Positions 8,791 to 19,745 of a stretch of DNA of 24,229 nucleotides are shown in pieces (position 1 is the stretch's first letter; the number at the start of each line of letters is the position of its first letter). The notes below the pieces were generated by a model, which was given only the letters and a program-made list of their open reading frames with translations, was not told the origin of the DNA and did not search any database. This stretch comes from Frankiaceae bacterium (lineage in GTDB: Bacteria; Actinomycetota; Actinomycetes; Mycobacteriales; SCTD01): NCBI GenBank assembly GCA_026786045.1, contig JAJAYV010000132.1, forward strand, positions 1 to 24,229, in the 5' to 3' direction. Both the position numbers and the translations under genes were made by a program.

Positions 8791-9087
8791 TCAGCCTGCC
8801 CGCGGGGTCGGTACGCCACCCTCATGACGGCCGAGCTGCTCTTGATCGGCGTCGGGCTTGCGCTTTGTCGGCACGTACGCGGAACGCCGGAGCCGGTCGT
8901 AGTCGGCCTCGGCGGCGTGCCAGCGCTGGACGACCCGCCGTTGCTCACCGGTCAACGATCCAAGGTCCGGTGCGCCCTGCGGCACGTGGTCCAACACCTG
9001 CCGCCGCGCCTCGGCGTAGGCGACCTGGTGCGCGAGCCGAGCTGCGTCCAGCGCCTCGGCGAGCTGATCTTCCCGGCCGGCGCTCAC
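8791..9087 (-). CDS. Hypothetical small helical protein (about 98 aa)
   Basis: Coding-like, helical segment REDQLAEALDAARLAHQVAYAEARRQVLDHV...EQRRVVQRWHAAEADYDRLRR within ORF 8791..9264. GTG 9087 was chosen because the upstream part of that ORF overlaps the GGDEF remnant. The start is uncertain. Confidence 0.5.
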   Translation of the reverse strand: MSAGREDQLAEALDAARLAHQVAYAEARRQVLDHVPQGAPDLGSLTGEQRRVVQRWHAAEADYDRLRRSAYVPTKRKPDADQEQLGRHEGGVPTPRAG

Positions 9088-9109
9088 GCTGCCCCGTCCC
9101 GGCCTGCTG

Positions 9110-9350
9110 ACGCAGTCCGCCCTTGCCGGACAAGGTAGGCCGATCCTCGTCGGCGGCCCGGACCAGGGTCTCGAGTTCGGTGGCGTTCGCCGGGTAGCTG
9201 GCGACCCCGGCGCTGGCCGTGAGCGCGCGGGCCGCGCCGGCCGCCACATGTAGCCGCTCGGCAACCTGGACGCTGCGTTCAGGTCCGCAGTCGGGCAGGA
9301 TCACGACGGTTGCCGGCGCCGTCTCCGGTGCTCGTGGTCGCGACATGCGC
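9110..9350 (-). pseudogene. Degenerate GGDEF (diguanylate cyclase) domain C-terminal remnant
   Basis: VVILPDCGPERSVQVAERLH...LTASAGVASYPANATELETLVRAADE matches the post-GGDEF half of the domain. The GG(D/E)EF motif and the terminal ALYxAK..GR motif are scrambled or frameshifted. Confidence 0.7.
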
Positions 9351-9423
9351 GCGTGTTGACGACCACGACCTCCGGGTGGCCTGCACCGGGGTCATGACCC
9401 CGGACGCGCCGGGCGCCCCGGGT

Positions 9424-10626
9424 CTACGGTCCGGTCGTCGCAGGGACCGCCGTCGATCGGGTCGCACCGGAGCCGATGCGATCCTCCGGGAGGGCCCGAT
9501 GCAGTCCGGCGCCGACCTGCTCGGCGAGGTTGGCCAGGAGCGCGTCGGCGTTGCCCTGCGCGACCGCCGGGTCGGGCTCGATCTCGAGCAGTGCATGGGC
9601 GCCGGTGATCCCGACCTCGCGCAGCTGCTCGGGGGTCACCTCCAGACGGCCCACCAGCGCGATCACTGGAACCCCCGCGGCGGCGGCGGCCCGGGCGACC
9701 CCGACCGGGGCCTTGCCGGCCAGGCTCTGCTCGTCGAGCGAGCCCTCGCCGGTGATGACCAGGTCGGCTCCGGCCAGGGCGGCTGCGAAGCCGATGACGT
9801 CCAGGACCAGCTCGATGCCCGAGGTCAGCCGGGCGTCGAGGAAGGCCAGCGCGCCGGCGCCCGTCCCGCCGGCGGCCCCGGCGCCCGGCGTCTGTGCGAC
9901 GTCCAGACCGAGGTCGCGGGCCACGACGGCGGCGTAGTGCGAGAGCGCGGCGTCCAGCACGGCGACGTCCTGCTCGCTGGCACCCTTCTGCGGCCCGTAG
10001 ACCGCGGCGGCGCCGCGGGCACCGACCAGCGGGTTGTCCACGTCGCTGGCGACCACGACCTCGGTGTCGGCGAGCCGCCGGTCAAGCGCGCTGATGTCGA
10101 TGCTCGCGAGGTCCGCCAGACCGGCTCCGCCGGGCGAGACGTCCTGGCCTGTGGAGCCGAGCAGTCGGGCGCCCAGCGCCTGCGCCATCCCGGCGCCCCC
10201 GTCGGTGCTCGCGCTGCCCCCGACCGCCAGGACGACGTGCCGGGCGCCGGCGTCCAGCGCTGCGCGCAGCAGCTGGCCGGTGCCGAACGTCGAAGCGGTC
10301 ATGGGCGCGGGTCGCCCGCCCGGCAGCCGCCGCAGTCCGGAGGCCTCCGCCATCTCGATCACCGCGGAGGTCTCCCGCACCGCTATGGCCGCCGTCACCG
10401 GCTCACCCGTCGGCCCCTGCACGACGACCTCCCGGCGCTGATAACCGGCGGCAACGGCGGCGTCGACGGTGCCGTCCCCGCCGTCGGCCACCGGCAGCAG
10501 CACGAGCTCGGCGTCCGGACAGCTGCGCTCCAGCCCACGCGCGATGGCGCGCGCGGCCGCCACCGCTGTCAGGCTGCCCTTGAACTTGTCGGGCGCCACC
10601 ACGATGCGCGGCCGCACAGCCGTCAC
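9424..10626 (-). CDS. glxK: Glycerate kinase (GlxK/GarK family)
   Basis: VVAPDKFKGSL, PVADGGDGT, GGSASTDGG, GAGAAGG, ITGEGSLDEQSLAGK. The GTG at 10626 overlaps the upstream TGA (GTGA). Confidence 0.95.
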   Translation of the reverse strand: MTAVRPRIVVAPDKFKGSLTAVAAARAIARGLERSCPDAELVLLPVADGGDGTVDAAVAAGYQRREVVVQGPTGEPVTAAIAVRETSAVIEMAEASGLRRLPGGRPAPMTASTFGTGQLLRAALDAGARHVVLAVGGSASTDGGAGMAQALGARLLGSTGQDVSPGGAGLADLASIDISALDRRLADTEVVVASDVDNPLVGARGAAAVYGPQKGASEQDVAVLDAALSHYAAVVARDLGLDVAQTPGAGAAGGTGAGALAFLDARLTSGIELVLDVIGFAAALAGADLVITGEGSLDEQSLAGKAPVGVARAAAAAGVPVIALVGRLEVTPEQLREVGITGAHALLEIEPDPAVAQGNADALLANLAEQVGAGLHRALPEDRIGSGATRSTAVPATTGP

Positions 10627-10870
10627 AACAGCATCCAGGACAGGACGCTGGTCGGCTGCAGGTAGATGAGCACCGCCATGATGACGAGGAACCCGATGCT
10701 CCAGCCGAAGACCTTGCGGAACAGCACTCCCTCCTCTCCGGCCATCCCGACGGTCGCGGCGGCGATGGCGAGGTTCTGTGGGGAGATCATCTTGCCGAGG
10801 ACGCCGCCGGAGGTGTTGGCCGGGGCCAGCAGCAGCAGCGGGTCGAGTCCGGCGTCGGCGGCGGTGTGCA
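10623..10870 (-). pseudogene. lctP: L-lactate/glycolate permease C-terminal fragment
   Basis: AGLDPLLLLAPANTSGGVLGKMISPQNLAIAAATVGMAGEEGVLFRKVFGWSIGFLVIMAVLIYLQPTSVLSWMLL* is the LctP C-terminus only, fused in frame to a GlcD fragment. Confidence 0.85.
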
Positions 10871-11465
10871 GGCCGGGCTGCTCGCCGCACAGCCGCGGCG
10901 CCGGGAAGGTCCTGCCCGGATGGGCGATGCCGTCCGGGTCGAAGGCGCACCGCACGAGCTGCATGGTGTCCAGGTCGGCCTCGGTGAACTGCTTGGCCAT
11001 CTTGTGCCGTTCCTCCTGCCCGACGCCGTGCTCGCCGGTGATCGACGCACCTGCGCTGATGCACAGCTCGAGGATCGCGCCGGCGAGCTCCTCGGCGTCG
11101 TGCGCCTGACCGTCGACCGCGTCGTCGAACAGCACCAGCGGGTGCAGGTTGCCGTCGCCGGCGTGGCAGACGTTGGCCACCCGCAGCCCGACATCGTCGG
11201 CCATCTGATTCAGCTCGGCCAGCACCTCGGGCAGCTCGGTCCGCGGGATGACGTCGTTCTGCACGAAGTAGGCGGGGCCGATCCGGGTCTCGAAGACGTG
11301 CCGGGCCTGGGCGATCTGCTCGACCTGGGCGAACTGCCCCTCGACCTCGACCTCGGGCCCGTCCAGCTCGATTGCCAGCACCGCGACCGCGCCGGCCGGG
11401 TAGCCGCAGTGCACGGCGGCCTCGGCCGCCTCGATCGCCAGCGCGTCCGTCATCTCGATGGCGAC
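10871..11465 (-). pseudogene. glcD: Glycolate oxidase GlcD C-terminal half remnant with a 24-codon internal deletion
   Basis: AIEMTDALAIEAAE...ELDGP...YFVQNDVIPRT...GLRVANVCHAGDGNLHPLVL...SITGEHGVG...AFDPDGIAHPGRTFPAPRLCGEQPG aligns with the intact GlcD at 19746-21287 (about 60% identity by hand). The FAD-binding N-terminal half is absent. Confidence 0.88.
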
Positions 11466-11476
11466 CGTTGTGGGGC

Positions 11477-13093
11477 TCAGGCCAGCCGCGCGTAGGCCGG
11501 CAAGGTGAGGAACTCCTCGAACTCGTCGGCCAGCGCGACCTGCTCGAACAGCTCGCGGGCCTCGTCGTAGCGGCCGGCGTCGTAGCGCTCGTCGCCGACG
11601 GCGGCGCGCACCTTCGCCAGCTCCTCGTCCTCGACCTGGCGCACCCACTCGGGGGTGATCGCGGTGCCCTCGGCGGTGGAGACGCCGTTGTGCACCCACT
11701 GCCAGATCTGCGAGCGGCTGATCTCGGCGGTCGCGGCGTCCTCCATCAGGTTGTTGATGGCGACGGCGCCGCCGCCGCGCAGCCACGACTCCAGGTACTG
11801 GATGCCGACGCTGACGTTGTTGCGCACGCCCGCCTCGGTGACCTGCCCCGGGGTGGCCTTGGCGTCGAGCAGCTGCGCCGCGGTGACCTCGACGTCCTTG
11901 CGCAGCCGGTCGAGCTGGTGGGGCTGCTGCCCGAGCTTGGCGTCGAAGACCTCCAGCGCCACCGGCACCAGGTCGGGGTGGGCGACCCACGAGCCGTCGA
12001 AGCCGTCGTCGGCCTCGCGGCTCTTGTCGGCGCGGACCGCGGTCAGCGCGGCGTCGTTGACGGCGGCGTCCTTGCGGTTGGGGATGAAGGCGGCCATGCC
12101 GCCGATGGCGTGCGCGCCGTGGCCGTGGCAGCTCTTGACCAGCAGCTCGGTGTAGGCCCGCATGAACGGCACGGTCATCTTGACCTCGGAGCGGTCCGGC
12201 AGCTGGAACTCCTCACCCCGGGTCCGGAACTTCTTGATCATCGAGAAGATGTAGTCCCAACGGCCGGCGTTCAGGCCCGAGGAGTGCTCGCGCAGCTCGT
12301 AGAGGATCTCCTCCATCTCGAAGGCGCCCAGGATGGTCTCGATCAGGCAGGTGGCCCGGATGGTGCCGCGCGGGATGCCCAGCGCCTCCTGGCCGGCGAG
12401 GAACACGTCGTTCCACAGCCGGGCCTCGAGGTGGCTCTCCATCTTGGGGAGGTAGAAGTAGGGTCCGAACCCCTTCTCGATGGCGATCTTCGCGCTCGTG
12501 GTCAGGTACATGCAGAAGTCGAACAGGCTGCCCGACACCGGCTCGCCGTCGACGAGCACGTGCCGCTCGGGCAAGTGCCAGCCTCGGTTGCGGACCACGA
12601 GGGTGGCCACGGTGTCGTTCAGCGCGTAGCTCTTGCCCTGCGGGCTGGTGAAGTCGATCTGCCGCAGCCAGGCGTTGCGCAGGTTGAGCTGGCCCTGCAC
12701 GAGGTTGTCGAAGGTGGGGGTGTTGCTGTCCTCGAAGTCGGCCATGAAGACCTTGGCGCCGCAGTTGAGCGCGTTGATGACCATCTTCTGGTCGGTCGGG
12801 CCGGTGATCTCGACCCGGCGGTCGACCAGCCCCGGGGCGGGCGGCGCCACCGTCCAGTCGCCGCCGCGCACCTCGGCGGTCTCGGGCAGGAAGTCGGGCA
12901 GCGCGCCGGCCGCGAGCTCGACGTCGCGCTCGGCCCGCTTGGCCAGCAGCTCGGCGCGGCGCGGGCCGAAGGTCCGCTGCAGCTGGGCCAGCAGGGTGAG
13001 CGAGGCCTCGGTGAGCACCTGCTCGTAGCCCTCGCTCCACTCACCGACGATCTCGACGCCGGGGACCTGGGGGGCTGCGGCCGGATTGCTCAT
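11477..13093 (-). CDS. aceB: Malate synthase A
   Basis: [78 protein letters not shown]. Confidence 0.97.
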   Translation of the reverse strand: MSNPAAAPQVPGVEIVGEWSEGYEQVLTEASLTLLAQLQRTFGPRRAELLAKRAERDVELAAGALPDFLPETAEVRGGDWTVAPPAPGLVDRRVEITGPTDQKMVINALNCGAKVFMADFEDSNTPTFDNLVQGQLNLRNAWLRQIDFTSPQGKSYALNDTVATLVVRNRGWHLPERHVLVDGEPVSGSLFDFCMYLTTSAKIAIEKGFGPYFYLPKMESHLEARLWNDVFLAGQEALGIPRGTIRATCLIETILGAFEMEEILYELREHSSGLNAGRWDYIFSMIKKFRTRGEEFQLPDRSEVKMTVPFMRAYTELLVKSCHGHGAHAIGGMAAFIPNRKDAAVNDAALTAVRADKSREADDGFDGSWVAHPDLVPVALEVFDAKLGQQPHQLDRLRKDVEVTAAQLLDAKATPGQVTEAGVRNNVSVGIQYLESWLRGGGAVAINNLMEDAATAEISRSQIWQWVHNGVSTAEGTAITPEWVRQVEDEELAKVRAAVGDERYDAGRYDEARELFEQVALADEFEEFLTLPAYARLA

Positions 13094-13194
13094 GCGGAGG
13101 CTCTCCTGGAGGGGACGGAAGGCGGATCAGGGGCGGCACCGCCCCCAGGGTGCACCCGGACCGGCGCAATGTGGATCGGGACACGACCTCAGCA

Positions 13195-13230
13195 TCAGAT
13201 GCGGCGGAATGCAAGTTCCACGGCGCGGAA
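13195..13230. promoter_or_regulatory. Tandem IclR-type operator at the aceB promoter
   Basis: TTCCAC-GGC-GCGGAA (13216-13230) and weaker TCAGAT-GCG-GCGGAA (13195-13209), 21 bp apart. A minus-strand -10 candidate TAGATT (13234-13229) overlaps the first site. Confidence 0.65.
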
Positions 13231-13261
13231 TCTACAGCGCGGTCCCGGCGGCGGGGGGCGG

Positions 13262-14659
<1,398 letters not shown>

Positions 14660-14680
14660 GCGGGCATGCTGCCCCCGGCG

Positions 14681-15088
14681 TCAACCGGCGGTCTGGAGCC
14701 CCACCGCCTCGACCGCGGCTGCGCAGGCCGCCTCGTCCTGGTCGCCGGTGCCGCCGCTGGCCCCGATCGCGCCGAGCAGCACGCCGTCGCGGTACACCGG
14801 CACCGCGCCGGTCTGCGGGGTGTAGCGGCCGTGCGTCATCGCCGTCAGCGCCTGGGCGAAGTTGGGCATCGGCGCCATCTTCTGCTTCTGCGCGTCGCTG
14901 GGTGCGCCGTAGGCGGCGGAGGTCCAGGCCTTGCCCTGCGCGACGTCGGCGGTGATCCACGAGGCGCCGTCCATCCGCTCGAGGGCGAGCAGGTGGCCGC
15001 CCGGGTCCATGACCGCGAAGGCCATGGGGACGGCGGCCGCGGCGCGGGCGGCGGCGATCAGGCCGCGGGCTTGGTCGAGTGTCAGCAT
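14681..15088 (-). CDS. GlcG/HbpS-family (heme-binding) protein
   Basis: LTLDQARGLI...FAVMDPGGHLLALERMDGA...AQGKAWTS...GAVPVYRDGVLLGAIGASGGTGDQDEACA. ATG 15088. Confidence 0.88.
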   Translation of the reverse strand: MLTLDQARGLIAAARAAAAVPMAFAVMDPGGHLLALERMDGASWITADVAQGKAWTSAAYGAPSDAQKQKMAPMPNFAQALTAMTHGRYTPQTGAVPVYRDGVLLGAIGASGGTGDQDEAACAAAVEAVGLQTAG

Positions 15089-15246
15089 GCCGGCATCCTG
15101 CCCTGCCCGTCGGGTTCCGGCGGCCCGGTCGGCAGCAGCAGTGTGGCGGGCAGGTCGAGGACGGCGAGGGAGCGGTGCAGGGGCCGGGTTTCCGCTGCTG
15201 CGGTCGGGCACCGGGCTGAGCCCTACGGAGCGTGAAGACGCCGCTC

Positions 15247-16989
15247 TCACGCGTGGTCGGCCAGCTCCTCGAACTCGGTGACGTTGTCCAGCTCGGTACC
15301 CATCGCGATGTTCGTGACCTTCTCCAGGATCACCTCGACGACGACCGGCACTCGGAACTCCGCCATCATGGCGAGCGCCTTCTCGAACGCCGCGCCGAGC
15401 TCCTCGGGGTCGCGCACGCGGATGGCCTTGCAGCCCAGGCCCTCCGCGACCTTGACGTGGTCGACGCCGTACCCGTCCAGCTCGGGCGAGTTGACGTTGT
15501 CGAAGGCCAGCTGCACGCAGTAGTCCATCTCGAAGGTGCGCTGCGCCTGCCGGATCAGGCCGAGGTAGGAGTTGTTCACGACCAGCTGGACGAAGGGCAG
15601 CTTGAACTGTGCGCCGCACGCCAGCTGCTCGATGAGGAACTGGAAGTCGTAGTCGCCGCTGATCCCGACGACGGTCGCATCCGGGTCGGCGACGCAGACG
15701 CCGAGGGCGGCGGGGACGGTCCAGCCGAGCGGTCCGGCCTGCCCGGCGTCAATCCAGCCGCGTGGCTTGTACACGTGCAGGAACTGCGCGCCGGCGATCT
15801 GCGACAGCCCGATGTTGCTGACATAACGGGTGTCCCGGCCAAACACCTTGTTCATCTCCTGGTAGACCCGCTGCGGCTTGATGGGCACCTGGTCGAAGTC
15901 GGTGCGCCGGTGCAGGGTCGCCTTGCGCTGCGCGCACTCGCCCACCCACGCGGTCCGGTCGGGCAGCGTGCCGGCATCGCGGCGCTCGTTCGCCACCTCG
16001 ACCAGCCGCTCGAGCGCCGCCCGGGCGTCGGAGACGATGCCGAAGTCGGGGGTGAAGATCCGGCCGATCTGGGTCGGCTCGATGTCGATGTGCACGAAGG
16101 TGCGCCCCGCGCGGTAGACCTCGAGCCCCCCGGTGTGCCGGTTGGCCCAGCGGTTACCGATCCCCATGACGAAGTCGGAGGCCAGCACCGTGGCGTTGCC
16201 ATAGCGGTGCGCGGTCTGCAGCCCGGCCATCCCCGCCATCAGAGGGTGGTCGTCCGGGATGGTGCCCCAGCCCATGAGCGTCGGCACGACCGGGACGTCG
16301 AGCAGCTCGGCCAGCTGCACGAGCAGGTCGGCGGCGTCGGCGTTGACAACGCCGCCGCCGGCGACGATCAGCGGACGCTCTGCCGCGGCGAGCATGTCGA
16401 GCGCCTTCTCGGCCTGCTCCCGGGTGGCTGCCGGCCGCGCCACGGGCAGCGGCTCGTACGTGTCGATGTCGAACTCGATCTCGGCCAGCTGCACGTCGAT
16501 CGGCAGGTCGAGCAGCACCGGACCCGGCCGGCCGGAACGCATGACGTGGAAGGCGCGCTGGAACGCACCCGGCAGCTGCGCCGGCTCCATGACGGTCTCG
16601 GCGAGCTTGGTCACGGGCGCGGCGATCGCGGCGATGTCGACGGCCTGGAAGTCCTCCTTGTGCAGCTTGCCGACCGGGGCCTGCCCGGTCACCACGAGCA
16701 GCGGCACCGAGTCGCCCCAGGCGGAGTACAGCCCGGTGATGGTGTCGGTGCCGCCCGGCCCACTCGTCGCCAGGCACAGCCCGATGTTGCCTGCAGTTGC
16801 GCGGCTGTAGCCCTCGGCCATGTGCACGGCGCCCTCGACGTGCCGGCCCAGGTAGTGCGCGATCGTGCCTCGCTTCAGCATGGCGGAGTAGAACGGGTTG
16901 ATCGCCGCACCCGGGACGCCGAAGGCGCACCGGACTCCCTCGCGCTCGAGGATGAGGATCGCGGCGTCGATCGCGCGCATGCGGGCCAT
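15247..16989 (-). CDS. gcl: Glyoxylate carboligase (tartronate-semialdehyde synthase)
   Basis: [10 protein letters not shown]...[12 protein letters not shown]...[14 protein letters not shown]...[10 protein letters not shown], ThDP motif SGDYDFQF...[10 protein letters not shown]. Confidence 0.97.
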   Translation of the reverse strand: MARMRAIDAAILILEREGVRCAFGVPGAAINPFYSAMLKRGTIAHYLGRHVEGAVHMAEGYSRATAGNIGLCLATSGPGGTDTITGLYSAWGDSVPLLVVTGQAPVGKLHKEDFQAVDIAAIAAPVTKLAETVMEPAQLPGAFQRAFHVMRSGRPGPVLLDLPIDVQLAEIEFDIDTYEPLPVARPAATREQAEKALDMLAAAERPLIVAGGGVVNADAADLLVQLAELLDVPVVPTLMGWGTIPDDHPLMAGMAGLQTAHRYGNATVLASDFVMGIGNRWANRHTGGLEVYRAGRTFVHIDIEPTQIGRIFTPDFGIVSDARAALERLVEVANERRDAGTLPDRTAWVGECAQRKATLHRRTDFDQVPIKPQRVYQEMNKVFGRDTRYVSNIGLSQIAGAQFLHVYKPRGWIDAGQAGPLGWTVPAALGVCVADPDATVVGISGDYDFQFLIEQLACGAQFKLPFVQLVVNNSYLGLIRQAQRTFEMDYCVQLAFDNVNSPELDGYGVDHVKVAEGLGCKAIRVRDPEELGAAFEKALAMMAEFRVPVVVEVILEKVTNIAMGTELDNVTEFEELADHA

Positions 16990-16990
16990 G

Positions 16991-17896
16991 TCAGGCGTCC
17001 TTGCTGTCGTTGGTGCGAGGGGCGCGGCCGGACAGCTGCTCGATGAGCAGCAGGAGCGCGCTGTGGTCGAGCTCGCCGTGGCCTTGGGCGCGCAGCGAGC
17101 CCAAGAGCTGCGCGACGTGCGCGCCCAGGGGGATCGCGACGCCGGCCTCGCGGGCGGCGGAGGTGACGATGCCCAGGTCCTTGTGGTGCAGGTCCACCCG
17201 GAAGCCCGGCTCGAAGGTGCGGGCCAGCATGCCCGCGGCCTTGCGGGCCAGGACGGTGCTGCCGGCCAGGCCGCCGCCGAGCACCTCGATCGCGGCCTCG
17301 GTGTCGACCTGGTGCGCCTCGAGGAAGACGACCGCCTCGGCGAGCAGCGCGAGGTGGCCGGCAACGATCAGCTGGTTGGCGGCCTTGACGGTCTGCCCGG
17401 AGCCGGCCGGCCCGACGTGCACCACCGTGCTCCCCATGGCCTCGAGCAGCGGCCGGGCGAGCTCGACATCCGCCTCGGCGCCGCCGACCATGATCGAGAG
17501 CTTGGCCTCGACCGCGCCGGCCTGGCCGCCACTTACCGGCGCATCGACCACCTTCACGTCGCGCTCGTCGCCGGCCTCGGCCAGCCGCCGGGCAACATCG
17601 GGCCGGATGGAGGAGCAGTCGATGTGCAGGGTGCCGGGCTTGACGTTGCTGTAGATCCCGTCCTCGCCGTACGCGACCCCCTCGACGTCCGGGCTGTCGG
17701 GAACCATGGTGATCACGACGTCGGCCTGCCGCACCGCCTCGGCGACGCTGTCGGCGCCGCGGCCGCCGTGCGCCACGAGCTCGTCGACAGCCGCCCGGCT
17801 TCGGTTGACACCGACGACGTCGTGACCCGCGTCGACGAGATGGGCCGCCATCGGCGCCCCCATGATGCCGAGCCCGATGAACGCGATGGTCGTCAC
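16991..17896 (-). CDS. glxR: 2-hydroxy-3-oxopropionate (tartronate semialdehyde) reductase
   Basis: [12 protein letters not shown] Rossmann motif, [27 protein letters not shown]. Located between hyi and gcl. Confidence 0.93.
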   Translation of the reverse strand: MTTIAFIGLGIMGAPMAAHLVDAGHDVVGVNRSRAAVDELVAHGGRGADSVAEAVRQADVVITMVPDSPDVEGVAYGEDGIYSNVKPGTLHIDCSSIRPDVARRLAEAGDERDVKVVDAPVSGGQAGAVEAKLSIMVGGAEADVELARPLLEAMGSTVVHVGPAGSGQTVKAANQLIVAGHLALLAEAVVFLEAHQVDTEAAIEVLGGGLAGSTVLARKAAGMLARTFEPGFRVDLHHKDLGIVTSAAREAGVAIPLGAHVAQLLGSLRAQGHGELDHSALLLLIEQLSGRAPRTNDSKDA

Positions 17897-17921
17897 AGTG
17901 TCTCCAGGGGTGGGGTGATGG

Positions 17922-18755
17922 TCAGGACGCCCGGACCGGGGCGGCGCGGCGGGCGCGCGGCAGCCATTCCAGCCCGGCCTCGGTCGTCGTGGCAGGGACG
18001 TACTCGAGGCCGACCCAGCCCGCGTAGCCCGCGGCCTCGAGTGCGCACAGGTGCCGGTCGAGGTCGAGCTCGCCGGTGCCCGGCTCGTGCCGTCCCGGAG
18101 AGTCGGCGATCTGCACGTGCCCGACCCGGTCGGCGTGCCGGCTCACCACGGCCGCGAGGTCGTCGCCGTTCACCGACAGGTGGTAGAGGTCGGCGAGCAG
18201 GCGGACGTTGTCCGGACCTGCCTCGCGCTGCACCCGGTCCAGCACCGCCACGACGTCGCCGGCGGTCAGCAGCGGGTAGCGCGGCGCGCCGCTGACCGGC
18301 TCCACCAGGACCACGGCGCCGATCCGGGCGGCAGCCTGCGCGGCGAAGGCCAGATTTGCAGCCGCGAGGTCGTCCTGCTCCTGCGCCGGGCAACCCTCGA
18401 CCCGGTTGCCGTACAGCGCGTTGAAGGCGGTGGTGCCGAGCCGGCCCCCGATCGCGACTGCCGTGTCGACGCTGGCCAGGAACTCTTCGCTGCGACCCGG
18501 CCAGGACAGCAGGCCGCGGTCGCCACCGGGCATGTCACCGGCGGCGAAGTTCAGCCCGACGAGGCGCACCCCGGCGTCCTGGACGGCGGCGACGAACCGG
18601 TCGACCTCCGCGTCCGAGGGCGTGGCGGTCGGGAACGGCCACCAGAACTCCACGGCGCCGAAGCCGGCTCTCCGGGCGGCCGCTGGACGCTCGAGCAGCG
18701 GCAGGTCGGCAAACAGGATGGAGCAGTTGGCGAGGTACGGCAGGCCGTGCTCCAC
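17922..18755 (-). CDS. hyi: Hydroxypyruvate isomerase
   Basis: ANCSILF...GFGAVEFWWPF...VGLNF...LADLYHL...HVQIADSPGRHEPGTGELD...VGLEY. RBS GGAGG. Confidence 0.93.
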   Translation of the reverse strand: MEHGLPYLANCSILFADLPLLERPAAARRAGFGAVEFWWPFPTATPSDAEVDRFVAAVQDAGVRLVGLNFAAGDMPGGDRGLLSWPGRSEEFLASVDTAVAIGGRLGTTAFNALYGNRVEGCPAQEQDDLAAANLAFAAQAAARIGAVVLVEPVSGAPRYPLLTAGDVVAVLDRVQREAGPDNVRLLADLYHLSVNGDDLAAVVSRHADRVGHVQIADSPGRHEPGTGELDLDRHLCALEAAGYAGWVGLEYVPATTTEAGLEWLPRARRAAPVRAS

Positions 18756-18761
18756 GAGTAC

Positions 18762-18797
18762 CTCCGTGATGTGGAAGTCTGAATCTGCTTCGTGGAA
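18762..18797. promoter_or_regulatory. Tandem IclR-type operator at the hyi promoter
   Basis: Minus strand TTCCAC-GAA-GCAGAT (18797-18783) and TTCCAC-ATC-ACGGAG (18776-18762), 21 bp apart. Confidence 0.65.
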
Positions 18798-18844
18798 AGT
18801 AGCCGCCTGCTCCCCGCTCGGTCAAGGCCGCGCTCCGGACAGGG

Positions 18845-18863
18845 TAGGTTCCACATCGCGGAA
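18845..18863 (+). promoter_or_regulatory. Regulator promoter -10 candidate (TAGGTT) overlapped by the operator TTCCAC-ATC-GCGGAA (autoregulation site)
   Basis: Near-perfect palindrome at 18849-18863 immediately at or after the TANNNT hexamer, upstream of ATG 18892. Confidence 0.65.
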
Positions 18864-18891
18864 CAGTTCAGCGGACCGGAGGGCGGCGGAC

Positions 18892-19653
18892 ATGGAGCGG
18901 GCCGGCGGTGTGCAATCGCTCGACCGTGCCTTGCTGCTCCTGGAGCAGCTGGCCGACGCCGGCGGGTCGATGCGGCTCGCGGAGCTGGAGGGGGCCACCG
19001 GCCTGCCGTTGCCTACCATCCACCGGCTGCTGCGGTCACTCGCCCAGAACGGCTACGTCCGCCAGGAGCCGTCTCGGCGCTACGCACTGGGATCACGTCT
19101 GATCCGGCTCGGTGAGATCGCGGGCCGCACGCTGGGCTCGTGGGCGCTCCCGCGCCTGGCCGAGCTGGTCTCCGAGATCGGTGAGACCGCCAACATGGCA
19201 CTGCTCGAGGGCGACGAGGTCGTCTACGTCGCCCAGGTGCCCTCCGCCCACTCCATGCGGATGTTCACCGAGGTCGGCCGCCGGGTGCAGGCGCACTGCA
19301 CGGGCGTGGGCAAGGCGCTGCTGTCGCAGCTGCCCGACGAGCAGGTGCTGGAGTTGCTGCGGCGTACGGGGATGCCGGCTCGCACGCCCCGCACCCTCAC
19401 CGACCCGCATGCACTCATCGCCGAGCTGCACGAGATCCGGGAGCAGGGGTGGGCGGTGGACGACGCCGAGCAGGAGGTGGGGGTGCGGTGCGTGGCGGTG
19501 CCGGTCCTCGGAGCGCCAGCCCGCGCTGCGGTGTCGGTGTCGGGCCCCTCCGGGCGCATCACGGCGGGACGGGTCGTCCAGATCGCCCCGATCCTGCAGC
19601 GTGCGGCCGTGCACCTGGCCTACGACCTGCGCGGCGAGCGCCCACCGCCCTAG
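18892..19653 (+). CDS. IclR-family transcriptional regulator (AllR-like)
   Basis: GGVQSLDRALLLLE...LPLPTIHRLL (HTH), GETAN, HCTGVGKALL, DDAEQEVGVRCVAV. RBS GGAGG. Divergent from hyi-glxR-gcl. Confidence 0.95.
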   Translation: MERAGGVQSLDRALLLLEQLADAGGSMRLAELEGATGLPLPTIHRLLRSLAQNGYVRQEPSRRYALGSRLIRLGEIAGRTLGSWALPRLAELVSEIGETANMALLEGDEVVYVAQVPSAHSMRMFTEVGRRVQAHCTGVGKALLSQLPDEQVLELLRRTGMPARTPRTLTDPHALIAELHEIREQGWAVDDAEQEVGVRCVAVPVLGAPARAAVSVSGPSGRITAGRVVQIAPILQRAAVHLAYDLRGERPPP

Positions 19654-19687
19654 CACCCGGACACGGGGAATGTGATAGTCGTGACGC

Positions 19688-19730
19688 TTGACACAGCCGT
19701 CGGTACCTCGGACACTTCCAGCCGTCGGTA
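19688..19730 (+). promoter_or_regulatory. Putative glcD promoter (TTGACA-N17-GACACT) with a 12-bp direct repeat CAGCCGTCGGTA
   Basis: TTGACA at 19688-19693; repeat copies at 19694-19705 and 19719-19730. Confidence 0.5.
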
Positions 19731-19745
19731 GACACCTACCGCATC

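Noticed and set aside
11466-11990. Upstream part of ORF 10623..11990 overlapping aceB
   Set aside because: An alternative frame inside aceB with low-complexity Arg/Gly content. GlcD similarity starts only after the aceB stop.
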